A DNA stretch of 64,000 nt from Felis catus (Eukaryota): positions 41,914,001 to 41,978,000 of the forward strand of contig NC_058368.1 in assembly GCF_018350175.1 (NCBI RefSeq), given 5' to 3'. Below are positions 12,696 through 26,732 of the stretch, piece after piece; the first letter of the stretch is position 1, and the number at the start of each line of letters is the position of its first letter. The position numbers and the translations under genes are program-made. The notes beneath the pieces were generated by a model that saw only the letters and a program-made list of their open reading frames with translations, was not told the origin of the DNA and made no database searches.

Positions 12696-14594
12696 TCTTA
12701 TTCTTATTTTAACTATGAGGACAGTAATAACCTCATTTAGTTTCTGGATTGAAATTATAATCTTGGGAGAGAGTGTGCTGTGTTCCTCTTACTTGTAGAG
12801 TGTTTCTTCAAAATAACCTAAAAGCAAGGATGATTTTAGGTGAAGTCATAGCAACGTGTCCAGGGAAAAACCATCAGCATTCTTGAAAGTTAACTCACTC
12901 TCTCATACGCCTTTCCTGCACCATTGCCTTTCTGTGAAATGTCCATCATCATCATCCCCAGTGTCATCATTGTCATTACTTACAATTACATAGCACTTGC
13001 TCTATGCAAGATTTTATAGATGAGGAACTAAAAAACAGAGCTGAGTAACTGCCCAAAAGTGAAGTAAAGAAAAAGAATTGACATGAGAAAAAGAAACTGC
13101 CAAGTGGTAACACTGTGGCAGATAATGACAATAATTCATTTGCTCAAGTAACAGATGATATGCGCCTTCGAAGAGCACAGTTCCTTCCCCCAGTAAGTTC
13201 AGATGAACTTAACTTGTATCTAAGAATAATATGGTAAGCACAGTGACTGGAGAGAAGGATGCACATGCCCAGCAGTCCACAAGAGTGTGGGGGAGTTGGA
13301 TTCAGGAAAAGAGGTAAAGTCAGGAGTGAGAAGAAATTAAGTTAATGATGCTTTTTATTATCATCATCATTATCACTATGAACATGACTGGATCAAGTGA
13401 TGGCACCTGTAGACTCACTCTCATCACCTGGCTTTCTCAGCTGGCACAGAAGTAAAAAAAAAAAACAAACAAAAAAAAAAAACATGTATCATGGTGGGGT
13501 GGGGGGACATCTTAGAAATGGTTCTTAGAAGTTTCAACTTTTGAAAGATACTTAAATAGAAAATGATTTACCTAGAAGAACAATCAAAAAGTTTTGAATT
13601 GGGTTATATACTTGAGGTTCAGTGTACAGCAATGAAACCTCCATTGCTGATAATCCATGCTGATAATCAAGGTCAGTATAGCCCATTATGAAGTGATGCT
13701 AAATAATGATTAATGTGCTTACTCATTCAGAACTCAGGTGGAGAACTGAGGGGAAAAACTACATAGGTAGTGGGAAGGGTTTTAATGAGTTCATGGATTT
13801 GCTGAGATAAACTCCGAATCTTTTATTACAATCTAATTGTAATAATTAATTCTGTTAAAATCAAACAAATTGAAAGTAATAAAAATACTTTGAAAGCATC
13901 TTATGTATGATAAATCTTCATAGTTTTATAATCATAAATGGTTATTAATTTCCTTTGGAATATGCATCCCATTTGTATCAGAAGTATCAGACTGTTTTTT
14001 CTTATGACTTTTTCCTTTGTGTCGATCTTTATTCTGCCATGGAAGCCTGGCATTTTAATTTGGGAATCTTGTATGGCTTGAGCTTTTATATATAATTCCA
14101 GAACAAATAAGCAGCACCCTTTCTGTTCAAGAATATCTAAAGAGGGTACAGGCAAATCTGACAAATTTCAAGACCAGTTAAAAACTCTCTTCAGCAAAAG
14201 GGGAGTGTTAACGGTAACACAATTTGGATTTGCAAAATGACTTGGAGAAATCTGGAAATGCAAAGCTATCAAAAGGGCAATCCAAAAGGAGAGGAACAGA
14301 AGTGAGAATGTTTGATTATCCCACCCTATCCTTCCAAATGTTAACTCAGACTTTGTTGAGAAATGCAAAAAGGGCTAAAGTGGTTACGTGAGCTTTCCGG
14401 TAAAGCCAATAGAAGCCCACATGTGGCTGTTTATCGTGATATAAACTGAGCAATAAAAAAAAGTAGAGAATATTCATTCTTAAAATAGAGAATATGATTT
14501 TTAACACAAAATATGTAGATACCCCCAGTATATTGAAAAAATTCCATCTTTTGCTCCTGTTTTAGCATAGCTGGCAATCTCTACTAAAAATCTG

Positions 14595-14596
<2 letters not shown>

Positions 14597-14643
<47 letters not shown>
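14597..14643. repeat. (TG)n microsatellite
   Basis: Visible directly in the sequence. Confidence 0.97.
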
Positions 14644-14645
<2 letters not shown>

Positions 14646-15169
14646 TGTGGGTGTGTGCGTATACACACATGTAGATGCACGTGCCCTTGTATGCCTCAGG
14701 AGAAAAATCCCAGAATTGCACGTTAGTGTCCCAATGACTCCGTGTTTCTAACCTCAGCCCTATCTCCTTAGTGTTCAGTCAGTGCCTGCTAGTTCTCTCT
14801 TTCCTTCTCATTCTCCTTCTTTACAGCAGCATTTTAAATCTCCCTTGCTCTCTGTAACCCCTCATCTACACCAATCTCCTGTCTTCTCTAAAACGGCCAT
14901 TCCTATTTTTGGAAATGGACACCATCAGTAGGCAAATCCCCTAATTTGCCACCTCTTTACAATCCTCCTGTATTGCTCACTTCTCTTTTCTGCTTCGGTG
15001 TGTTGAAAGCTAACACTGGTCTGTCTGCTTTCACAACCCAGTCCCTCACTCCACCCAATTTAACTGTTGGAGGTTAGCTCCTAAAAGGTACTTAAATCCC
15101 TCCATTTATTTACACCTCCACTGCACAGCTCTTCCCTTTCAAAGCTCTTATGTTCACTACTTAATTGAG

Positions 15170-15272
15170 TATCGGTCTGATTCCCCCAGTAGAAGGGGCT
15201 ATGACAGTATTATTCCTTATTATTCCTAGGACTGAGCACCAGGCTTGGACATAATTGGTGCTCAATAAAAAT
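15170..15272 (+). mobile_element. L2 LINE 3' end (more degenerate L2 probably extends upstream)
   Basis: 'tgagcaccaggcttggacataattggtgctcaataaaa' matches the L2 3' terminus motif. Confidence 0.6.
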
Positions 15273-16815
15273 AAATAATAGCCGCAAGCGGAAAGCCGCC
15301 TCTCAATTCCTATCAAGAAGGGCAGAAAGCTTCCACTAACTGGAGCTTCCCTATTGTAAGTGCCTTAGAGAAGAGATAATGCTATTTATTTTAATTATGA
15401 ACTGAACAAGCATAAAGAAAGAACACCTGAGGTCTGAGTTACAAATGTTATGTAAAGTGACTGTGATCCTGTGGTGCTAATAAAAGATAAAAATAAGAGT
15501 CCTGTGTCTTGCACAAATATTTTGATTAACAATTTTGTCAGAATGAAGATTCCCCAGAAGAGGAATATCTGTATGGCTCAAAGTTCAGAAATGTTGCCAA
15601 GCTAGACTGCCTAAAAATCGTGATAGTCTTAAATTCCGTGTATTTTTAAATGTATGCAATGCTTTGAAATCTCTCTCCCTCTCTCTCCTCCTTCCTCTCC
15701 TGAATCACTAATATTCTTTATTTTGGCATAATTTGTCCTCTTATTTTATGAGTATTTTGAAAGAGATCAGTTCTCATCGCATTGGGAGTTAACATCCAAG
15801 ATGCTTTTGATACTCTGGTTTTTCTCTGAATGTCGGAAACCTAATATCTGGAACAAATACCTGAAGTGAATATTTGAAACAACAATGTCAAATTTCACAT
15901 GAATGGAAGCTCAAAACACACTTAACACATCCCCAGCAAGAGTATCTCAAAGTCACATATTTTTTAAAAGTTAGAATAATTTTTTTAACAAAATCTGTGT
16001 GAATAAGGGAACTTGTCTGTCTTTTGGATTGCTTATAAATGATAAACTTACATGATTGCTTTTGGTGCAAGCAAAGGTGCATCAAAGGACTGTGAGCCAT
16101 TCCCTGCTTGCCTGAGCTACATTTGAGCAGGTGGGCCTTGCAGTGGCTCTGGAATTTGACTATGAATGTTCCTGGGATTTCCTCAGTCCTTGGCCGGCTT
16201 TGTTTTGGGATGCTAAAACAAGGAGCACTAATCCTCCACAGGAGCTTTTCAGAAAACATTATCACTCTCACTGGACACTCCTTGGGGAAACTATCTGACT
16301 ATGTAAGACGTATGTTGTTAGTTTTGTCCATTTTTCCGTGTGTAATCATTCCCAAATTACCCTAAGTGTCAGGGTGGAACACAGCCGGCCACCTTGTTTT
16401 ATTCAAGCTACTAAAAAGAGAATTCCAGACTGGCAAATATTGTCCTGTCATTTCTTTTAATTAAAGATAGAATTCTCTCTCTGAACTCATCGTTTAGTAT
16501 GTTACATATAAATCTTTCCCACTACTTTGACCTACAGTAGATGATTGGTTTCTCTTTCTCTGCACTCATCTCTGACCCCTCTCTTTCAATTTATGTAAAA
16601 TAGGCGACCGTATTAAGGAACGTGTGGGGACATGGTGCTGATACTCCACAGTAGAAAGTCCAGGGTTCTGGACTTCTTATTTCATAGACTCAGTTCCCTT
16701 TGGACTGATGAGGTTCCATATGGTAAAACCTACATAAGGAAACCTGCTTGCCCTATTACCTTTTTAAACATACCTTGACATGATGGCCCAAAATGTATAA
16801 GAAAGTTGAAGATAT

Positions 16816-17026
16816 GGGGCACCTGGGTGGCTCAGTTGGTTAAGTGTCCGACTTTGGCTCAGGTCATGATCTCGCAGTTCATGACTTTGAGCTCTGCGTC
16901 GAGTTCTGTGCTGACAGCTCAGAGCCTGAAGCCTGCTTTGGATTCTGTGTCTCCCTCTCTTTCTGCCCCTCCCTCACTCACACTTTGTCTCTCTCTCATA
17001 AATAAACATTAAAAACATTTATTTTA
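16816..17026 (+). mobile_element. CAN-SINE (SINEC_Fc type)
   Basis: Canonical head and tail; TSD ataagaaagttgaagata / ataagaaaagtgaagata. Confidence 0.95.
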
Positions 17027-19209
17027 ATAAAGAAAAGTGAAGATAAAAGAAAGTAGACAAGAATGGATCATTTATTAGAGATAACTTATCAAATGCAGTA
17101 ATGATGCATACACGTATCAATTGTTCAAAGATACCCATATGCGTCCCTAAATAAATGCTAAAAAGAATCAAGTTACAGTAGTTCCATTGGTGAGTTATTA
17201 TGAGGTAGTCTCTAAAGTAAGAGGGGTGAAGATGTGATTACAGGAAAAAACCCTAAATGACAGCAATAATAACTAATACGTTGTTAAAGTAAATGGTGAC
17301 AACCCTGAAGGAATAGCTTTTTTTTTTTTCCTTCCAGCAATTTCACCTTCTCTCAATGACTAGAATTAGAACTATAAAAACAGAAATGGCAGAGGAAGAG
17401 GCAGTCCAGTGCCTTTGGAGCTAGCTTTATAATTTTTGAAAGATCCACCCCTGCTTTGTTATCTTGTGCAGTGAAAACTCTCAGCAGTTCCCTTCACAGG
17501 GGAATCTTCCATTTCCGACCCGGCATTCCTCCCCAGCCATACAAGGTCACTCAATTATCCTCTCTTCAGATGCCAGCCCCACAGAAGGAAACTACTCTAC
17601 TGAGGAAGCTCCTAGTGATAGTGCAATTGTACACACAGAAACAAAGTACTGGCATCTTGCTAAAATGTGTTTTCCCAAGCAAGTGAAGTGTAATTTTCAG
17701 CTGTACAGTATCAACTACAAAACTACACACAAAACGTGAGTACCTAGTCAAAAGGAAACAACCTTTCTTCATTCTAAGCCAGCCATACCTTTTGTATTAC
17801 CCTGTAAAGTATCATTTATTTAAGTCAGAGTAACCTATCCATAGACAGGGAAAATCCATTTAGAAAAGTATTACATTAGCACAGCAACCACTAGCAAAAT
17901 TCTCCTAAGAGGATGGCAGGAAGAGTATAACAATGGCCTCCTTTTTTTCCTTTTAAACAGTAAAACTGCACTGATTTACAGTTTAGAAGAGCTGTAAAAC
18001 TCTTGCTGCGAATTTAAAACATTTTTTTCTTGAATTTATCCTAAGTGATGTATCATTGCACTACTCACTTAGATAAGTTTGTAAGGTAGGAGTTTTAAAA
18101 ATGTCCTCCCATTACTCAGTGGATTTTCAAAGCAGTGGCAAATTCACCTAGAAAACCACTGTTCAACTTTGAGTGGCACCCTTCTTGCTCTTCGCTAGCG
18201 GACTTATGGGGATTGATGGCTTCCACAGTTAAATAGAATATCTACTTTAATCTCCTCTAACTGCTGTTGACCTATCTCTGCCATTGCCTCCCAAGTATAT
18301 AATAAATCAAGAGCATTTTACATGAAAAATGAAGTAATTACTCAGTGAATCCAATGGCTAATTGCACATAGAGGCCTCTGGGAAATATGGGACAAATCAG
18401 TGTCAGATTTCAAAAGGCAGAAAGGAAGTTGAAGTTAATAACTCTCAAATACTGACAGGTTGAAAAGGACTTGAAATGCACCATTTCTTCAGACACAGAA
18501 TCCCCACTTAAGGGAATTGTAAAATTCTAGCTATACACCCAGTCTTTACGCCAATAATAGTACTGACAGCTGAGAAAATAGAACCTATCGCACTAAAGTG
18601 AACTATTTCAGAGAAAAAGTAACTACCTTTTATTACCATTTGTATGAAGTTTTCTGAGCAACAAAAAGGTTTGTATCTCTTTCTTTTTGTTTGCACGTCG
18701 GTAGAGTCAAATTTGTTCCTAAAGCTAACAACTACACTGTTGGTTGAGATGTAATGAAATCTGATTGTCTCTCGAATACTCAATAAAATTGTATTGGAAC
18801 TGAATATTATGCAATCTATTTTTATTATAAGAAATTTTTTAAAAAAATTTTTTCTGTCTGCAAAAGTATCTGATAGATCAAACCGATTCATTTGCATTTT
18901 CTTCTTATATCTGTCTTATAGAGTAGGTAGTATATATCTGTGTCATAAAAATATGATATATACCACCATTACAGAACAAAGATATAAAGGAAAAGGCTCC
19001 TCATACAGATCAATACCACATAAGCACAAGATAGTGCTGCATACTACAAAGAACTTATATTACCATACTATGGGCAGGGGGAGGAGGAAAAGGACTCTAC
19101 TTGTTTCAGAAAAAAAAAATTCTCTTTTGCAGGAATTCAATGATCCAAACAAAACTTTTATGATGAGAGTCATAAATATACACACAATGCATTCACAAAG
19201 TATACCCTG

Positions 19210-19211
<2 letters not shown>

Positions 19212-19254
<43 letters not shown>
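19212..19254. repeat. (CA)n microsatellite
   Basis: Visible directly in the sequence. Confidence 0.97.
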
Positions 19255-19257
<3 letters not shown>

Positions 19258-20995
19258 TATCTCCCTACAAATGTAATTAAGTTATACTGATAATTTGTTA
19301 TTGTCAATCACTATTAGCGGAATTTAATAAGCAATAACTTCTCTGCTTACAATTTCAAATTCAAGTACAGGTTTTAACTTTAAATTCTTTTTAAGCTTCT
19401 CCCACTTCCTCCTGATATGGCCCAGGGTTTTGAAGGTCTTTTGTCTATGGAAAGAAATTATTAATACTGTCAGAGCATGAGAAGATATGTGTTTGTGACA
19501 AGGATTCCCAATGGCCTACCTTTCAGACTTCATTACTTTTAGACAGTGTGTGGCTTATCTCCTGAAACCACCTCAAATGAGATGAAAACTTAATGCTGAC
19601 TTAGTAACATTTTACTTCTCTCTTACCGCAGAGCTTTGAGTATTGGATATCTATTAATTGAGGTAGATTGGTTCCATAGTCATATCTCTATTTGGGGGAT
19701 TCTTTGTGCCATCTATTGTCTTTGTGGTATCTTTTTTTTTAAAAGTAAACTGTCACATTAACAAGAAAAAGAAAAAAAAGTCTTTATTTTTCCTCAATCT
19801 AGTATCCCATACATGCTAAAATAAATGCTATTTAGAAATTACCAGAATCCTCCAAATACAATTGGTACTTCCATATGCCTGCTGATGAATGAAACCGTAA
19901 AATTCTGGTTAATATCACCAACACAGTTTTCCCTCTCTTCTTACCAGCAAATAAACTGATAGTGAGCAAATCAGAGATTTTATGCAATTATAGCACAACT
20001 AAATCCTTTGCTGATGTTGGTTGCATTATCATTATCATTCTGAGAACTCACTCTGGGGAGAACACTGCCTTCTGAAATACTTTACTAATCTCTTTCTCTT
20101 TTGAAGTGTTTATCTACCTTTAAGTGCAACTCACTGACTTCTACCAATATTTTCTCCTATTTCTTCAGGCCTGGTTGTTAGATGCTTGATGTTAAAAACT
20201 CTGTGGTTTTTAATCCTCCATTGTTTTCCCCATACTTATTATCGTGATAGTACTGGAGTGCTTTAAGAAAAAGGACTTTAAAAATAACTTTAAATGATAA
20301 AGTGTTGGAGGTAAAAACAAAATCCCTGTTTTGTTTTTGAAACCTTTTTTTTTTTTTGTCTTTGCTTCCTTTGTTCCCTGTCTTTGATCCCTTTTGTCCC
20401 CTGCTTTCTTGGTAATATTGGTTCTATCAGACTCAGGTGGTGATAAGAACTCTGGTCTAAAGAACAAAAGACAAATGAGAACTTGCTGATAACAGATAGC
20501 TCCCCTTTTGCATTTATTTTCAGACTGGGAGGATGCTGCCCTCTATACCTATCAAGTACAAGAAAACAACAGTCTTTATCCCCCTTTAATCTCAGTGTAT
20601 TGCTGTGATGTACTCATTAAAAGTTATATATGGGGAGCTGATTAACAATCATTGTTTTCAACCTGGCGGTGGAAAGCACTGTTACCAACAAGACATAAGG
20701 TTAAAATAAAAGGATTGTATATTATGAACATCTCAAGAAGCAATCTTCTTGTTATGGTATGAGTCTTTTTCCTTCACTTGAAATTCTTTACTCCAAGAAT
20801 GTGTAGTAAAAGACGAAAAGCCTCCTCTAAATTTCAGAGGCTTTTCTAAGAAATATAGATCATGTTTTGAGATTCATTTGGGTTGGTGGTCCACTCCTTA
20901 CACCTGTAAAATATAAGAAGGCTCCTGGACAAACGAACAGGAGAACAAATTTTCATTTGAGGTTTTAAATAGTATTCATTTAAAAATGATGTTTA

Positions 20996-21203
20996 GAGGT
21001 GTCTGGGCAGCTCAGTGGGTTGAGCTGCTGATTTCGCCTCAGGTCATGAGCTCATGGTTTGTGAGTTCAAGCCTGGATTTGGGCTCTGTGCTGACAGTGT
21101 GGAGCCTGGAGCCTGCTTCAGATTCTGTGTCTCCTTCTCCTTCTGCCCCTCCCCAGCTCGCTCTCGGGTCTCTCAAAAAAAAATGAACAAACGTTAAAAA
21201 AAT
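20996..21203 (+). mobile_element. CAN-SINE
   Basis: 'gctcagtggg...caggtcatga...gagcctggagcctgcttcagattctgtgtctcc'; TSD aaatg(a/c)tgttta. Confidence 0.93.
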
Positions 21204-23047
21204 TTTAAATGCTGTTTATACATTCTAATTAGTGAAGCATTAAAACAACATGTCTGTGGAATGTTAAGTTAGATTTCCATCATGTAATTATAAATTAATA
21301 ATAACAAAAAAGGAACTTAGAGACTTAGGCTACAGACTCCCATTAACTTAAATTCTCTGGGTTACAATTTCTTTCTCTGTAAAATGAGGAGAATGTCTAT
21401 ACATCTCTAATTGCTCTGTTTTACCCAACCTAAGGTATTTTATTTGTGTTTACTTCATAAGTTGGAGATCTCCATGGTTAAACATGTCCTATATGTCAGC
21501 ATATCAGTTGTCCAAATAAGGATTAGAAAAGCTTCACAATTAGACTCATGAGTTTTAACATTTAAGACACTGAAAATGAGTCGTAAATGAAGAAACAAAT
21601 TTAAATGTTTTTCAACATTCTTAGCAGTTAATTGTAATGTTCTCTTCTGTTCCAAATATATAAATATTTGATTCATTTCATCTTTGATTGATCACCCCCA
21701 TATCATAGTAGCCATTCACCATGGCTTTCACTTTTCTTTCTACCTGTTATTAGTGTTTGGCTATCAAAGCTTTTTTTAAGAGTGTAATACACTGTGACAG
21801 CATGAGAACTAATTTTAATTTTTAGAAAATGGTTTAACTACAGATAAGATGTAGTAGCTTAAAGATATGCATACCTCAAAGTGTCTATGGAAAAGTTAAA
21901 AGGGTACCATGGTCTTAGTGACACATCTTCATACAGGCTGAGGAGGCCACTTGTACCCTCATGCACCCAACACCCTGGCAGTTCTGTGCTGCTGGCATTC
22001 GAGGATTCTGGACTGATGTTATTTCTGGCAGAGAGGCATAAAACCGGAGCCTCCACTTGAAGCAATGGTGAAAGGGCACCAGCTGTTTCCAGATAATTGT
22101 GGATATGCTCCAGACTATCAATCTATTCCTTTTTTTTAAATTTTAACTCACTTTTCTATTTTCTCATAATGACTACTGATCCCCTTTCTACATCTCACAG
22201 GTTATACTTTTTTTAAGGTCAAATATTGAGAATATATAAAAGTAAATAGAAAGTACAAAACTACTTAGATACTCATAAATTAATAATCAAATTCCCTTTG
22301 CCTTTGAGTATAATAATTACCTTGAGAAAGAGGTTTTTTTTTTTTTAAATGAATAGCATTGTTCTTTGGATCCTAAGATCCTGTTTTAGCTAGATCCTAA
22401 AATGTTAGTTGTTTCTAGTGTTACGTAGTCAACTTAGTGGTTGAAGTCAGCAGCACAAATAGAATGTGAAAGTTTTCTGAAACATGTTGTTCAAAGGAAA
22501 AAAAAAGATTTCCCAACAACATGGCAAGCTTGATTTCTTTTACCTTTATACCTACATCTATTTATACATCTTGAAGATATATACGAGACTAAAGCCTGAG
22601 AGAGGAAGCTATGGAAATTTTAACTATCTATATTTTTTTACATCTCTGTACCATTTAACTTTTTCTTTTTTTTTCAAAGAACTATGATTTTTATAATAAA
22701 AATATTTTAAAGAGTATGTGAAGACTATGAAAATAAAAGGAATATCCATAATGATTTTATGATTTCATTGAACATGAAAGATAAGGTAGCCACTAAGTTG
22801 AATTAAGTTATAAACTATTTTCTGAGCTGTAATAAAATATATTATACTTTTAAAATGGTTTTATATAAAAGTCTATAAGTTCCATATAGACCTCTAAGTT
22901 TTAAGTTCTATAGAAAGGTTCTAGTAGTTAAATAACTGAAAAAGAAATGAAAGGCACAAGCAAATATAAAAAAGAAAGTAATGAAAAGTACCTAGGCTTA
23001 TTTCCTGGAAGAAATGTTATAATAACAGTAAAAGTACTGAATACACA

Positions 23048-23255
23048 GGGGAGCCTGGGTGGCTCAGCTGGATGAGTGTCCCAGTTTGGCTCAGGTCATG
23101 ATCTTGTAGTTTGTGAGTTCGAGCCTCACGTTGAGCTCTGTGCTGACAGCTTTGAGCATGCTTTGGATTCTGTGTCTCTCTCTCTCTCTACCCCTCCCCC
23201 GCTTGTACTCTCTCTTTTTCTTTCTCTCAAAAATAAATAAATAAACTTAAAAAAA
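23048..23255 (+). mobile_element. CAN-SINE
   Basis: Canonical body; TSD agtactgaata(c/t)a(c/t)ag. Confidence 0.94.
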
Positions 23256-23606
23256 TAGTACTGAATATATAGATTAAGTTTATAAAGTACATAACCATTT
23301 AGTAATTCTGGATTTCATTTGCTAAAAATAGGAAAAATTTTATCTTTTAGAAGAGGCTGTAAGTATGTATCTTTCACTTTTGATGAGTAAACACTATTTT
23401 TGATCAATATCCTATAAGATGGTTAAGAAATTGAGAAGAATACATTATATTGAAAGGATCCATGTGATTTAAAAAAAATAGTTCTAATGTCCCCAGTGAT
23501 TATAACATTTTGTTTACCAGTTTTAACTGTTAATGTCATGGGCCCCATATGTCTCACTTAGAAGCAAAACTGAAGTAGAAAGTCTTATTTTAAAATCATT
23601 GATTTT

Positions 23607-23812
23607 GGGGATGCCCGGGAGGCTCAGTTGGTTAAGCATCCAACTTCAGCTCATAATCTCACAGTTCATGATTTCGAGCCCCACGCTGGGCTCTGTGCTG
23701 ACAGTTCAGAGCCTGAAGCCTGCTTCTGATCTGTGTCTCCCTCTCTCTCTACCCCTCCCCCACTCTCTCTCTGTCTCTCTCAAAAGTAAACATTAAAAAA
23801 TTAAAAAAGAAA
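23607..23812 (+). mobile_element. CAN-SINE
   Basis: Canonical body; TSD taaaatcatt(g/a)a. Confidence 0.94.
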
Positions 23813-23847
23813 TAAAATCATTAACTTAAAAAATACATCGTCATAAA

Positions 23848-24044
23848 GTGGTGCCTGGGTGCTTGGTCAGTTGAGTGTCCCACTCTTGGCTTTGGCTAAG
23901 GTCATGATCCCAGGGTTGTGAGATCCAGCCCTGCATTAGGCTCCACAGTGAGCATGGAGCCTGCTTAAGATTCTCTCTCTCTCGCTGCCCCTCTCCCCCA
24001 CTCGCTTCTCTCTCTCTCTCTAAAATAAAATTGAAGAGAAAACT
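23848..24044 (+). mobile_element. CAN-SINE (older subfamily)
   Basis: 'cccagggttgtgagatccagccctgcattaggctcc...gagcctgcttaagattctctc'; TSD aatacat(c/g)gtcataaa. Confidence 0.92.
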
Positions 24045-25725
24045 AATACATGGTCATAAAGCCAAGTAAACTATACCATATTGAAGTTACACCAAAAAGG
24101 AAGAATTTTTCTGAAAACTCTTCTAAACCTGTTTCACATATTTTCCCATGTAGAGCAAGTATCGATGTATTACAATTAAGAAACAGGAGTAAATTATTGA
24201 AAGTTTAAGCATTTATCTTTCAGTCTCTTGCAAATTTAACAATCAAAATACTTCTAAAATCTACTTCACTTTAAAAGCATTATATCCCAGTCTCCCATTC
24301 TTACACTCACTGATGAAAACATCTGCTTTTAAGCACTTTTTCTTCATGTCACTAAATTCAAATAGACGAAATGTCATTACTTATTCATTGCACGATGCAC
24401 TTATTTAACCACAATATTGTGCTGTTAGCTTTAAGAGGCATAGCCTAGAGAGAAGTCAACAAGTATTTTGCATGGCTGTCCAACAACTTTATTAATTTGA
24501 TTATATAATCTAACAACATATTTTGGTTAAAATGAAACCAAATATAAAGTTGCAAAAAGAAAAACCAAAAAAAAAAAGCAAAAACTACCAAAATTTGATT
24601 TTATTTAATCAAACCCAATTTTAGTGCAATTGGTTGACTTCTGGAGCTCTGTATGGGCCACACATTTATGGAGGATGGAAATCCGTCCAATTAGCCAATT
24701 TGAAGTATAACCAGAAATAACACCATGGAATGGTTACCATGACAGAATATACATGTTGTTGGGATTCACTTGTTTTCCTTCCTCTTGCTGTAAGAAATGC
24801 TATTTTCATTGATGCATGTTGATATTTCAACCTCAAAGAATGAACCAGATGAATTCAAAATTGGAAATTCAGCTGGTCCCAACTCTAGGATGTCATTTAG
24901 ATACAACTATATAATTCAGAAGAGTTGGGGTAATTTTTGGAGAAAAGTCCGGAAAATATGAAAACTCTAGTTTTATAAAGATGAATAGATACTTTTAAAG
25001 GATGTCTTCATTAAAATTTTATTACGTTTCCTTTCCTTTGTCTCTTATACACACTTTCTCTTTACATTGGCCTTAGCTGCACCCATTCCTACAAGAGTTA
25101 TTCTACCTGTGTCTCTGGACTCACCGCAACTGTCTAATGAATGCAGCATACATCAAGGCTGACAGTCTTTCTAGTACCTTTATGAATATTGGCAGCATAA
25201 TCTTGTTGTCAGAGATTCTGAAATTCGTAACAAATTCAAAAATAGCTCTTGTGAAGTGTGACAAAAGCTATAGTTATTAATACCTGGCAGGCATATTTTA
25301 GTATAAGACAGTGGCTCACCTTTTTGTTTTTCTCAATTTATTATATAAAAAACACCTGGCCCCCAAAGGATAAAATGTCTCTGTAATAAAGAAATACTAT
25401 TGGGTCCTCTGATCCAAAACTCTTTGTTTATGTATACATGGTATAAATGGACACCAAACCAGAGATCCACTAATTTTTTTTTGGCATTCTGATTAGTGAA
25501 AGATCATAACAGAATAATATTTAAATGATATTTTTCAGAACATGCAATATTGAAAAACCAGAATATGGCTACTTTGATATTTAGTAACAGTAGAAATGAT
25601 AAACTGTATAGAGGGGACATTAAAAATTGTTAGCAAGAGGGACACATTTTCTTCATATACCTGGTTTCTTGTGCAGCATCTCACCACTAGCCCCTGAGTT
25701 ACACATAGAATAAGATGGTCCCTTT

Positions 25726-25731
<6 letters not shown>

Positions 25732-25780
<49 letters not shown>

Positions 25781-25787
25781 TACACAC
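25732..25787. repeat. (CA)n microsatellite
   Basis: Visible directly in the sequence. Confidence 0.97.
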
Positions 25788-26469
25788 TGAATATTTTTGC
25801 AAGCCCTTTAAGTCCAAAACACGATACTATTATCACAGATGTTCTTGTGGAAACTCTTAGAATAACAAGCTCCTAGCTATACATACAACTTTTTCTGCCC
25901 AGCCCTCCACTAAATGAACCAGACATGAGAAGAACAACAGCTGGAATAATCCCAAATACAATTTTATGCCACTTTGTTTCTAAAGTATCATTTTAACTTA
26001 TGATCTGCCAGAATTTCATACCAAACTGGATTGATTCAGAACGTAAGAGGTGAAAAGCTCTGCAAAGCAGATTTTATGGTTACCAGTGGATTCCAGATAA
26101 TTCTCTTCTAATTTAAACACCGTGTTTAGGAAGGGCTCTGATTGACACTGCTTGCGTACCTTCCCTCCAACTTTCCAAGAGTCAGTGACACCATCATTGG
26201 CAGCCTCATCATAATCACAGTGTTGGAACAGTAGTATGAAGGAACAATTCCTTCCAGGAATATGATGCTAGTTCCCAGAAGAAATTTCAAAGTATAACTC
26301 CAAAATGGCCACTGTAAAGTGCTTTTGCAAAGAATCCTAACTACATTTGTAATAATATCAGTGAAATGAGGTAATCAGTTATCAAATGTTATCTTAACAA
26401 CCAAGGGTATGTACCTGCACAGACCACTCAGACATCTGTATGGCCCATTAAGTTTAGAAAGTAATTTTT

Positions 26470-26650
26470 CAAGTATTATTTCATTTGATTATCTTCACTA
26501 TCCCATACAGTTTTAGGAAAGGTCTTATTGGCATCTTATAGATAGTAAGCAATTTGATTTTATCAGGTGACTTATTCAAGGTCATAAAGCTTAGGGATTG
26601 GGGTAGCTGAGGCTCCAACAAAGGTCTTCTGTCTCCTCATCTACAATCCT
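26470..26650 (-). mobile_element. MIR SINE (degenerate)
   Basis: 'tattatttcatttgattatcttcac...ggtgacttattcaaggtcataaagct' resembles reverse MIR. Confidence 0.6.
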
Positions 26651-26732
26651 TTCTTCTGTGCCTTGCCTTGCCTTTCCCAGTGCCTTTCTTCCTTTTGTGC
26701 AAGGAAGGATGTACCTAAACCAATATGTATAT

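Noticed and set aside
18508..19210. Long unique-sequence ORFs (129 aa minus, 138 aa plus), considered as a gene or endogenous viral element
   Set aside because: Composition typical of translated AT-rich non-coding DNA, no recognisable domain and no convincing splice structure
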